From: Octopus sinensis
Taxonomy: Eukaryota
Length of the DNA: 64,000 nucleotides
Direction: 5' to 3'
Assembly: GCF_006345805.1 (NCBI RefSeq)
Contig: NC_043007.1
Location: forward strand, 74,648,001-74,712,000
A model generated the notes under the pieces. It searched no databases and was not told the DNA's origin. It saw nothing but the letters and a program-made list of their open reading frames with translations. Shown here piece by piece: positions 26,193 through 38,059 of the stretch (positions within the stretch are counted from its first letter, which is position 1; every line of letters starts with the position of its first letter). A program made the translations under genes and the position numbers.

Positions 26193-26296
26193 TATACATA
26201 CATACATACATACATACGTACATACATACATACATACATACATACATACGTACATACATACATACATACATACATACATACATACATACATACATA
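25965..26296. repeat. (CATA)n tetranucleotide array
   Basis: Directly visible. Confidence 0.98.
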
Positions 26297-26683
26297 ACTG
26301 ACAGAAGTCGACTCATGACTGAGTAAGATCACTTCTTAAAACCTATTTCACTCTAAGAAACATTTCAGATGTGGTCTCCCCATCACTTATAACGTCTCAT
26401 ATGGCCCCTAAGGCCTTCAATGGACTTACAAGTCATTCTACGTTGACCACGTGTCAGCCTTCCGGCAAACATATACACATACATATCAACAAACATACAT
26501 GCATGCCGTAAAATTCTGTACAGTTTCCGTCTACCACATTCCATTTACAAGGTATTGGTCAGTTTGAGACTATGGCAACAGATTCTTGTTCAAATATCGA
26601 ATATGGCGATAAAATTAAACTTGAGTTTCTTTCATGAAATTTGGTATTCTAAGATTCCTTTCGCTATGACTTTGTGACATATA

Positions 26684-26886
26684 CCGTATTTGATGGCATA
26701 TAGGACGCACTTTTTTCCAAAAAATTTGGCTAAAAAAATCGCCCTGCGTCTAATATGCGAAGTCAAGACCCTCCCGTAGGCTAATCTTTTCCCAGACGCT
26801 CACTAACCTAGCTTACGATAAGTATTTCTACCTACGCTAACGCCTTAATGATATTTTCCGTACTCATGCATCATTATTTTATTGCT

Positions 26887-26955
<69 letters not shown>

Positions 26956-27441
26956 ATTATTATTATTATTACCAGTATTATTACTTTAAAATACGAATTA
27001 TCGTAAAAATCAAAGCAATCTACCGTAAATTGTTAGGCTGCGATCCATGACACACGTTTACTAATATCAGCTGATCGGAACCCTAACTCGATGCCATCTG
27101 CCGGTGAGGAGTAAAACTACATGATCGTTGCGAGTTCGTGTATATACGGAGGTAGGTTGGATATCTTGGTACAACAAAGTTTATGATCATAACAAAACAC
27201 ACTACAACAGTACAAGCACCCTCACGGTTATGGCAACACCCTCACGGCTATTGCAATTTGTATGCTTTCCTTTTGTATGCTTGCTTTTATACAGCAATGT
27301 GTTCTGCTTTTGTAATGTGCTGCTAGACTGCTTTCAACAATATATGCTTAAATACACTTAAAACTTTTTTTCCTGAATTTGACCTGCTGAAATGAGAGTG
27401 CGTCTAATATGCCAGTGCGTCTAATATGCCGTCAAATACGG
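26684..27441. mobile_element. Tc2/pogo-type MITE with internal (TAT)n
   Basis: 27-bp TIR CCGTATTTGAYGGCATAT..GACGCAC with 3 mismatches between ends; TA flanks. Confidence 0.9.
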
Positions 27442-28436
27442 TAAGTTGTTGCGGCTTCTGGATATATTTAGTCAGCCCCGTTAAATAAATCTACATTAGG
27501 AATGTTATTCGACCAGCGTTCTGACCGTGAACATCTTGTCCTTAGAGAGAAAAATCTGTTTCAAGATTTAGGACTCAAATATGTGGTCTTCATTTTAAAG
27601 TGAGTTTCTCAAAAGAACCTTGTACATTGAGCAAGTTCAGCGCCAACAGTGAAGCCCTCTCTATTCAGATGGCTCACGTATTTAAGCCAAGGTGACCTTA
27701 GACTAGAAATATGAATCATAAAACTCAAGACCTAAATCATATGCTTCATTGAGAGATGAAACAATACAGAAAAATAAAAAGAATCTTTGTTAGACTCTAT
27801 GGGAAGCGAGAATATATTTATTTTTATTTATTTATTTTATTTTATTATTATTTTGTTGGGTTTTTTTTTGCCAATTATGAGCAGAGGCGCTGTTGGTTAC
27901 AGAGATTTCCAATGGGTCAAATACTGGACTGCTGGCTACAATTCCGAGACAGAATTATAAGAGAGAGTTTTACGCGACGCAGAACAAATATTTTAATTGG
28001 CTTCGTTTGTAAAGAACCGTTTTTCTGCCTTCGAGAATTTGTTTATAATCTTTACCGATATACGTCGGTGGAAGATAGACATATATGCATATACGCACGC
28101 ATGCACTCATACATACATACATACATACATACATACATACATACATACATACATACATACATACATACAGACATACATACATACATACATAAATACATAC
28201 ATACAGAGAGAGGTGGGATAGAGAGATAGACAGACGGACATATATGCATGGGCATATGCGTATGTATATATATATACATGCATACATACATAATTATACA
28301 CATACCTCCATGACAGTCATGAACAGCCTATCTCAAAACAAAACTCAGAGTAGACTGTCCACATCGCCAACTTCGAACATATTGGGTTCTGTATAAGATA
28401 ATGTGCGTCATATGTAAAACATATTTTAATGCGATA

Positions 28437-28613
28437 GTGTTTTAATAGTATTGCTCCGGTTGTTAATTCCATCTCTTTCACTGGGAAATACAAACCTCGA
28501 GTTGTGTATATGTCAATAGATATTGTTTTTATTCTTGGAATGGTTGTATGCTTAAGTAGTTTGTTTCACCACCACGATGTTTCTATTTCGATTCCACTAC
28601 TCAACGCTTTACG
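28437..28613 (-). repeat. Second copy of the ~177-bp repeat
   Basis: Reverse complement of 22579-22755. Confidence 0.85.
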
Positions 28614-28635
28614 ATATATATTACTATATGGATAA

Positions 28636-29236
28636 GGCGGCGAGCTGGCAGAAAGGTTAGCGCGCCGGGCGAAATGCTTAGCGGTATTTCGTCTGCCGTC
28701 AGGTTCTGAGTTCAAATTTCGTCGAGATCGTCTTTGCCTTTCATCTTTTCCGGGTCGATAAATTAAGGACCAGTTACGCACTGGGATCGATGTAATAGAC
28801 TTAATCCGTTTGTCTGCCCTTGTTTGTCCTCTCTGTGTTTAGCCCCTTGTGGGTAGTAAAGAAATAGGTATTTCGTCTGCCGTTACGTTCTGAGTTCAAA
28901 TTCCGCCGAGGTCGACTTTGCCTTTCATCTTTTCCGGGTCGATAAATAAAGTACCAGTTACGCACTGGGGTAGATCTAATCGACTTAATCCCTTTGTCTG
29001 TCCTTGTTTGTCCCTCCTTTATGTTTAGCCCTTTGTGGGTTGTAAAGAAATAGGTATTTCGTCTGCCGTTACGTTCTGAGTTCAAATTCCGCCGAGGTCG
29101 ATTTTGCCTTTCATCCTTTCGGGGTCGATAAATAAAGTACCAGTTACGCACTGGGGTAGATCTAATCGACTTAATCCCTTTGTCTGTCCTTGTTTGTCCC
29201 TACTATGTTTAGCCCCTTGTAGGCAATAAAGAAATA
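28636..29236 (+). mobile_element. SINE family A trimer
   Basis: Units restart at GTATTTCGTC at 28868 and 29054. Confidence 0.85.
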
Positions 29237-29769
29237 TATATATTACTGTATGGACTGAGATTCTCGTTGACGGGCCGCTGATATAAATGTTCTTTGTGCT
29301 GCTTTCGCGGCTTCCCACGACTCTCTGTCGCTATCTGATTCCCTTATTATGAACTTGAATCGGGGACTTGAGTCATAGTGAATTTTTCATTACCCGATTA
29401 CACAACGATCGACGCCACTCCTACCGATGCGTTGCAGTTACTCTCTTAATAGCGCTTAGTAATTCTGACCATTGATCTTCTACGATTCCTCTGCTCAGTA
29501 TCAATGTAAGAAGTACCACTGGCTCAGTTGGGTTCTTCCGCTACCTCTGCACAATCCGCCATGCTGCGATCCCATGACTTCAATATGTTGCTGGCTGGCA
29601 GGGTGGCTGGACTTGTGCTATGCCTTGCCAAAGCGCATCCCATAACTATACAGTCCACGGTCGTCACTTGGTAAGGTATTTTCAAAATACCCGCACACCC
29701 ATATTAAATAAAGTGTTAAGCACTTTTAATTAGTAACTTCCGTTCTCTGAAACTACTGGATTTGTTACT

Positions 29770-30005
29770 CTTTTACTTGTTTCAGTCATTTGACTGTGGC
29801 CAAGCTGGAGCACTGCCTTTAGTCAAAATAATCGACCCCAGGACTTATTGTTTGTAAGCCTAGTTCTTATTCTATCGGTTACTTTTGCCGAACTGCTAAG
29901 TTACGGGGACGTAAACACACCAGCATCGGTTGTCAAGTGATATTGGGGGGGACAAACACAGACCCACAAACATATACACACACATACATACACACACACA
30001 CACAC

Positions 30006-30085
<80 letters not shown>

Positions 30086-30243
30086 CGACGGGCTTCTTTC
30101 AGTTTCCGTCAACGAAATCCACTCACAAGGCTTTGGTGAGCTCGTGGCTATAGTAGAAGACACTTGCCCAAGATACCACGCAGTGGGACTGAACCCGGAA
30201 CCATGTAGTTGGTAAGCAAGCTACTTACCATACAGCCACTCCT
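29770..30243 (-). mobile_element. SINE family C, full length, internal (CA)n(TA)n
   Basis: Complete head, core, microsatellite and tail. Confidence 0.85.
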
Positions 30244-30310
30244 ACGTTTATGTTGTGTATGGAAACAGATCGGCTACCTGTTTCTTTAAGATTGATCAAG
30301 TGATGTGAAC

Positions 30311-30353
30311 ACCTTTGATAAGAACCCAATCAGGTTGGAAAATCGATTAAGAT
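30311..30353 (+). ncRNA. Hammerhead motif with U3-A8 core variant
   Basis: ACCT-TTGATAA-GAACC caatca GGTTG-GAAA-ATCGAT-TA-AGAT; homologous to 21517-21559. Confidence 0.5.
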
Positions 30354-30807
30354 TGTTCATAATTTGATTTTTCATCTACAGAGAAATAGTTAAAATTTGC
30401 CATGACTGTATGTCTACTACGTAGATTTCATTCAATGAAATGACTACAGAATCTTACGATGGACTTATTTAAACAATCATCTGAGGAAACGCATTTTACA
30501 CCTTCGATGGATGATAATAATTACACAACACATCACTGATGTGCAAAAGTGTGCCGAAACAATTGTAGTAATTTTAAATAATGAATGTTATTCATTCCAT
30601 TTTCTATCAGTTATGTATAATATATATATATATATATTGCATAATTTCCTATTCCTTTGTCACTTATTTAATTTGACATTACGTTCTGTATTCGACTAAC
30701 GCTTTATTTTGAATCAAGTGTATGTTGAGTTCTCAGAACAGGTCATTACTATCGGTGTGCCTAAGCAAAACATTAATATTGCTATATGTGTGTGTGAGCG
30801 TGTATAA

Positions 30808-30886
<79 letters not shown>

Positions 30887-31398
30887 TTTATAAGTGTGCA
30901 GGTACGTGTGTGCGTATGCAAGATGAATTAAACAGCAGATATTAATTAGTTTTGTATCAGAATTAGTCAATAGCGGCGTCAATTGAAGCAAGTTTCCAAC
31001 GATTTAATGATTGGTTTGTTCTGACGACAAGAGCAACGAGGGATCGTCTATCACTCTGGGGAGTTTCTTTCGCCGATCTATGGCGATATATACATATTGC
31101 TTTATTCCTTTGGTTGTTTCAGACATTTGACTGCGATCCCAGGACAACAAATCGATCCCAGGACTTATTCTTAACTAGTAAACCTACTAGTTATTTTATC
31201 GGTCTCTTTTGGCGAACCGTTAGCTTACGGGGACGTAAACACACCAACATCGGTTGTCAAGTGATGGTGGGGTGACAACACACACACGGGGTTTTTTCCT
31301 TGTGTAGCACGTCCTGTAACTGTTTTTTTCGTTTTCTTGTTTTTTGTTTTTTTGTTTTTCCCCGTTTCTATGTATGTATGCATATATTTTTATTTATC

Positions 31399-31453
<55 letters not shown>

Positions 31454-33609
31454 TTTTCAGTTTCTGTCTACCAAATCCACTCACAAAGCTTTGGTCAACC
31501 CGAGGCTATAGTAAAAGACACTTGCTCAAGGTGCCACGCAGTGGGACTGAACCTGGAACCATGTGGTCGGGAAGCAAGCTTCTTACCACGCAGTCATGCC
31601 TGCACCTATATATATTTCTTTTATTTCTTTTACTTGTTTCAGTCTCATTTGATTGCGGCCATGCACAAGCATGGTCGCAATCAAAAAACCTTGAAGATTT
31701 TTTAGTCAAATAAATCGCCCCCAGGACTTATGTTTCTTTTTAAGTCTAGCACTTATTCTATCATTCCCTATTGCCGAACTGCAAAGTTAAGGGGATGTAA
31801 ACACACCAACAACGGTTGTCAAGCTGCGGTGGGGGGTGGGGTGCAATCACAGACACAAAGACACACACATGTAGATACATACATACACACATACACACAC
31901 ACTCTCTCTCACACACATACACTCTCTCTCTCTCACACACACACACTCTCTCTCTCTCTCTCTCACACACACACATATATATATACCTTTTATCCTCTTC
32001 CTATTTCACTCTTTGGACTACGGCCATACTGGGGTACAACTTTAAAGGTTTCAGTAAGACGAATAGACCCAGCTACATATTTTTAAGCTTTGTACTTATT
32101 CTAGCAGTCTCTTCTTACAGAAGCGTTGAATTACATGAATATAATCAAACCATCACCGGCGCCTGGCATGCGATAGTGGGGAACAAACACACGCACAAAG
32201 TCTCTCACACAGACACACACACACACACACACACACACACGTACCCAATTATATATGTATACGTGACAGACTTCTTTCAGTTTCCCTCAACAAATGCTTT
32301 CACAAGGCTTTTTGCGGCCCGAAGCTATCTTAAAAAGCACTTGTCCAAGGTACCACAAAGCGAGACTGAAACTATGACCGTGTGGTTTGGCAGCAAGCCA
32401 CATTTATTGAGCACATTTATTGTGTGTGTGTGTGTGTGTGTGGTGTGTGTGTGTGTGTGTGTGTGTGCATGCGTGCGCGCGCGCGTGTATGTGTGTGTAT
32501 GTGTGTATGCGTGCGCGCACACGTGTGCCACAACTGTATAGTTTCCGTTTATTACGTCTATAAAATATAGTTTCCTTTTGCAAACCAAAGTGAACTCGAG
32601 ACTACTTTAGAAGAAACCCGAAATGCTGCGCAGTAGGCTTGAACTCAAAACAACGTGGCTTCGAAAGGAACATCTTCACGTCAGCCATGGCTATCTAGCC
32701 ATGGCCGACGTGACTAACCTACCATATTAGTTATCGTCTGCTTCAGATCATCTTAACTTTCCACTTTATTTTCACACCTCCGCTTTCATTTTCTCTGAAA
32801 CTCGTCCTACTTTCATTTCCCAGAAAATTTATGCTTAGTTAAAGACAAATCGATATTTTTTTAGTTTTTATAAACGGCGGTAAAGATGGCCGAGATCTCT
32901 TTTTCATTTTTTTTCTTTTTTTTTTCCTTATTTTCTAGTTACCGAATTTCAATCTCGGTAAGGTCGATATTGTCTTTTAAATCAATAAAATAAATGATCG
33001 ATAAAGTAAATGGTCGATATAAACGACTATATCCCTCCATTTACTCCATTTAGTACCAGGATATTTAGCGAACATTTTACATCGCTATCTAGAAAATATA
33101 GATTAGGCATGATTCTAGTATTATTTTCAGTGAATGTCGAAAATAGGGAATCGAGAAAAATACCAAGCCATAAGATGAGGGTTGTAAGCAGTCAGTTTAT
33201 CTGTAAGAAATAGCAGTCAAATCTCAGTTCACTTTATCACATATATAAAGCCAGACTGTATTTGTATTTAATACGCAGAACGTTCTGCATATGTACAAAC
33301 ACCGTAAAATTCTCTCTCCTTCTAAGTAATCTACTGCTGTTAAACACTACCACAGAACATTACAACTTTTAGCCCACAGGCGCGATACCGATTTCCTCTG
33401 CCCTATTGTATAGCGATTACAACAGAACCTTTGTATACCATCTCTATCCTGATCGGCTCTACATACATCTCTGTGACTCTTCTGTGAGTCAATCGCACCA
33501 ATGTCTTACTCCTAAGTTCCGCGCAATCATTTCACCTGGTTTTTTGTTCCTTCTAACAAAACACTAAAATTTCTTACTGATTCACACTTTTCTATGAATG
33601 TTGACTTAC

Positions 33610-33738
33610 ATATGTCCGCTGAATATCAACTGCATTAATCTCACCCGCCTCAAACAGATAGCCACCGAAGGTTATGAACGCTGTCTCCGCTCGACTCATC
33701 GATAAAAATGTTCCCATCAACACTGCTATAAAACGTAT
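33610..33738 (-). CDS. Candidate internal exon IRFIAVLMGTFLSMSRAETAFITFGGYLFEAGEINAVDIQRTY
   Basis: Acceptor CTGTCTGTCTCAG, 129 nt open in phase 0-0, donor TAT|GTAAGT; alternative donor GG|GTGAGA gives a 94-nt phase 0-1 exon (33645-33738); unique non-repeat sequence. Confidence 0.55.
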
Positions 33739-33818
33739 CTGAGACAGACAGTAATTCATAAGACACAGACTCAAAAGACCCAATTTGATCAGACCGAGAG
33801 ATAAAGAGACCAAGGGAC

Positions 33819-33859
<41 letters not shown>

Positions 33860-34657
33860 AGAGAGAGACAGAGAGAGAGGAAAGAGAGAGAAAGAGTCAG
33901 AGAACGACGGAGAGATCGACAGATAGAGATAACTATGGACAGGTGGAAAGATAGAGAGATGGATGTATAAACGGCTGGCGGATCGATAGTTTGATGGGTA
34001 GATGAACATATAGGTTGACGGACGGAGAGACCGATCAATCGATGGACAGGTACACAAATAAGTCAACAGACAAAGAAAGAGGAAGGCCGATATATTGACG
34101 AACAGAAACTGAGCTTCACTCTTAGTCAGTTTTATGTAACATTTATAATTTTTACGTTATAGTTTGAATGAAACATAAGGTCTGTTTTTATAGCACAAAA
34201 ATAAAAGCTGTTACCGATGACATTTGTGAAAAAGCAACGTAAACCTAAAAAAAAACCCCCATTAATTTCAAGTTGCTCCAGTTATAAATGTGTTAATATT
34301 TCTATTGACTATATACGTTAAAAATCGACGTTTTAAAAATTTGATATTCGCTATTGAATTATTTTGTTGACCATGATTATAAAGTGAGAGACTATTGATC
34401 TTCTTCGACATTATATTCAAGGTCAAAGCAATGTTTGTAAAAGAAAACTTGAGGGTATGCGGGCAGAACTTAAAAATGAAGTATAAAAAATTAAGAGGAA
34501 CCCTGCATTGGGCGGTTTTCTTTAGTTTGTAACACGCGCACGCACACACACACACACACACACACAGATGATCATCATCATCGTCATCATCATCATCATT
34601 ATTATTATTATGTAAAACTGTTTGATTCTGTTCCATGTGAATATATATATATATTTA

Positions 34658-34693
<36 letters not shown>

Positions 34694-35173
34694 TCCCCTC
34701 ACCATCGTTTGAGAACCGATGTTGGTGTTGGTGTGTTTACGTCCATGTAACTTAGCGGTTCGGCAAAAGGTACAGATAAAATAACTACTAGGCTTACAAA
34801 GAATAAGTCTTGGGGGGGTCGATTTATTCGACTAAAGGCGGAGCTCCAGCATGGCTGCAGTCAAATCACTGAAACACGAAAACGAGTTCAAATCAAAGAA
34901 TGTATACATGCAAGACGAGAGAAAGGAAGAGGGGAGGCTTTCAGACAATGAGTATTTAAGTATGAATATATAAGTATTCATATTAATGGATCAACTTACA
35001 AAGAATACAAACGCCTTTGATTTCTCTATCGTTTGTACTCTGTGTAAGTCGATCTATTAATATAAATATCCATATATTTATACTTAAATACACATCAGTT
35101 TCATGATTTAAGATGAGGAATTATGTACATTATTTACATTTGACGGATATTTGTCCTCATCTCGTTTGTTGTT

Positions 35174-35214
35174 AACACAACGTTTCGGCTGATATACTCG
35201 CCAGCCTTCATCAG
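35174..35214 (-). ncRNA. Hammerhead ribozyme motif of PLE terminal repeat (stem I damaged)
   Basis: CTGATGA-A-GGCTG n10 CAGCC-GAAA-CG-TT-GTGTT; a partial copy at 36728-36740 keeps GGCAC-CTGATGA, complementary to GTGTT. Confidence 0.65.
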
Positions 35215-35254
35215 GGACCTGGGTGGGTTCTCATTCCGAAGATATTTTTCGATG

Positions 35255-35316
<62 letters not shown>

Positions 35317-35319
<3 letters not shown>

Positions 35320-35660
35320 TAGTTTTATTTTTATAGCGTGCTTTCACTTCACTACCGAGCGCAGCTCTGTGTGCCTTAGGTATGTGCTGCGGTTTGTTGT
35401 GATGCTCTTATGGTTACTGTATTGAAAGTGTTTGCGTACGATGTGTGCAGTTCCCAGTAGTGCAATTTTCTGTATGTTATATATATTTGTAAGTCCTGGT
35501 GTTTTGTTATGTATTTGTCTGAATATTTTTTTATCATACCTAATGCGCCTACTATGATAGGAATTATTTCTGTTTTTAGATTCCACATTCGGGTTACCCC
35601 TGTTTCCAGGTTTTTGTATTTGAAAGTTTCGCCATTTCTTCATATTCTATCCTTTCTTCC
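35317..35660 (-). mobile_element. 5'-truncated R4/Dong LINE, second lineage, inside the PLE (TAA)n tract
   Basis: KYKNLETGVTRMWNLKTEIIPIIVGALGMIKK...IQKIALLGTAHIVRK; distinct 3' UTR; (TAA)n on both sides. Confidence 0.85.
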
Positions 35661-35665
35661 TTATT

Positions 35666-35726
<61 letters not shown>

Positions 35727-35743
35727 TATTATTATTATTATTA

Positions 35744-35811
<68 letters not shown>

Positions 35812-36382
35812 GGGGTTAGTAGCCCATGCACTTAACCACTACGCCATATGCCCGTGGACAATTATGGAGTGAATTTTAGGGCTTATAAATTTAATATTTT
35901 CCTATCCTTCCTTAATACCGGTTCCCATATGCTACTCATATCTGCACTCGGTCTGCTTAGGAGGTTGTTGTGTCCTAGCATATGTGCTGCTTCTTTTAGT
36001 TTTCGTATTTTCCAGTGGTGCTCTCTGTCTATTATTTTAACTTCATCCCACAGGGGGAGGTGGTCTCCATTTTACTAAACATGATCAACTATGCCCGATT
36101 TATCAATATCTCCTCGTGTCACTGGACCATACCTCAACTTCAATTCCCACCATCCACACAGTGCAAAGAGAGGGATTGCTCAGTGCCTAAAACATCGAGG
36201 AAAGAATATAAGTAGTGATCGTGATACACACCACGAAGAAATGATCAAGCTAAGTAACAATCTATTAAGCAACAACTACCCCCAAATCATACCATCCACT
36301 CTAAATATGGAGAAAAGAGTGGATAAAACCAATATACTGTCCACAGTCTGTCTACAACAACAACAACAACAATAACAATAGC

Positions 36383-36427
<45 letters not shown>

Positions 36428-36454
36428 AATAATAATAATAATAGTAATAATGAT

Positions 36455-36716
36455 ACAGGCTTACCATCCCTACAGGAAGTGCAAAAAATCGTATTAACTG
36501 GAACGGCTCATGTACTGAGAAGAGCATTATCACTGTGAAATCAACATCCAGCCATGAATTTATTTATTTATTAATTTTTAAATACATATTTTACCTGTGA
36601 ATTTGCGCGCGTAATCTGGGAATGCATACAATGAGCTTCTCTGCCCTAGGTGTACGGAAAACACCCGGCGAGAAACGGAAGAAAATTTGAAGAAAGAAGG
36701 AAAAAAAAAAAATAAT
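36455..36716 (+). mobile_element. 5'-truncated copy related to the 40370-44310 R4/Dong element
   Basis: GLPSLQEVQKIVLTGTAHVLRRAL and a homologous 3' UTR ending in A-run plus TAA; starts directly after (CAA)n(TAA)n. Confidence 0.85.
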
Positions 36717-36888
36717 AATTTCCCCACGGCACCTGATGAACGTTATAAGACTCATTGTCTGAAATCTTCTTTTGCAGGTATACACATATGCATTCTTTGT
36801 ATCTCATACCCAAGCTGTTATATTTAATGCATTCAATTTGTTTATCCGCATAATTGCTATTATACACGTGTTTGTGTGTGTATGCGTA

Positions 36889-36933
<45 letters not shown>

Positions 36934-37088
36934 TCGTATGCGTACGTGTGTGTGTATGCATCCCTACATATACTGCTTTTTGCAGTGCTCAATTATCATT
37001 TTAATTCACACTAAAAATCACGCGCACACACACACACACACACACACGCACACACAAATATTTATATATATATATATATTATTAAAGG

Positions 37089-37142
<54 letters not shown>

Positions 37143-37163
37143 GTTGTTGTTGTTGTTGTTATT

Positions 37164-37688
37164 GAGTGGGAGAAGAGTACATCCCATCAAAATGACACTG
37201 GGGTAAAATATACGAAGCCCAGTATACCCATCATGAGTACTCGTCCGATAAGGGTACACCAAGTACACACATCACAACCATATGTGCGTGACATGATGAT
37301 CTCATATCAAGATAAACAGCGCATGACCTTGCTTATATTTTCTTCTGGTCGAGTAACCCAACCCGTTCAAATGGTCCCCTAATAAGGGTTATTTAAGGAT
37401 ATTGAACAAAACACACATACTTCCAAAAGTGAATTATCCAAACCCCAAAGAATTCCTCTCAACACACGGCTATGGTGCTCCCCCACTACTTCTTCTCAAT
37501 TTCAGAGATGCACATATCAGCCACTAACGGACATGCTCAACAGGTTAAGGTCAAACAACTGACAAGCAAATCTGTGGTATTTGACAGAATGTTTGCTGTA
37601 GCCCATTTTTTATACCAAGACAAGACAATGTACATGATAACACTACCAATCAGTTAAGATCAGAAACCATGAGAGCCACTGTCTGGTA
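37164..37688. mobile_element. Second copy of the ~555-bp (TTA)n-embedded element
   Basis: Colinear with 16880-17434, with small deletions. Confidence 0.8.
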
Positions 37689-37916
37689 TATTATTATTAT
37701 TAAGACAGTGATATGGCAAAGTCGTTAGCACGCCGAGCAAAATGCTTAGCGGCATTTCGTCTGTCTTTACGTTCTGAGTTCGAATACCACCGAGGTCGAC
37801 TTTGTCTTTCATCTTTTCGGAGTCGACAAATTAAGTACCAGTGAAACACTGGAGTCGATGTAATTGACTAGTCCCCTCACCAAAACTTTTAGGCCTTCTG
37901 CTTACAGAAGCAGAAA

Positions 37917-37995
<79 letters not shown>

Positions 37996-38005
37996 CATTA
38001 TCATT

Positions 38006-38055
<50 letters not shown>

Positions 38056-38059
38056 TATT

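Larger units (their letters stand above)
35085..36350 (-). mobile_element. Penelope/Poseidon-like PLE remnant with 5' inversion
   Basis: Minus 35886-36057: NGDHLPLWDEVKIIDREHHWKIRKLKEAAHM (GIY-YIG C-terminal region); plus 36090-36350: YLNFNSHHPHSAKRGIAQCLKHR...NNYP (PLE thumb/linker); terminal repeat with hammerhead core at 35174-35214. Confidence 0.8.

Noticed and set aside
32939-32957. Plus-strand 19-nt microexon
   Set aside because: Not frame-preserving, and the signal overlaps a small inverted repeat TTACCGA...TCGGTAA.
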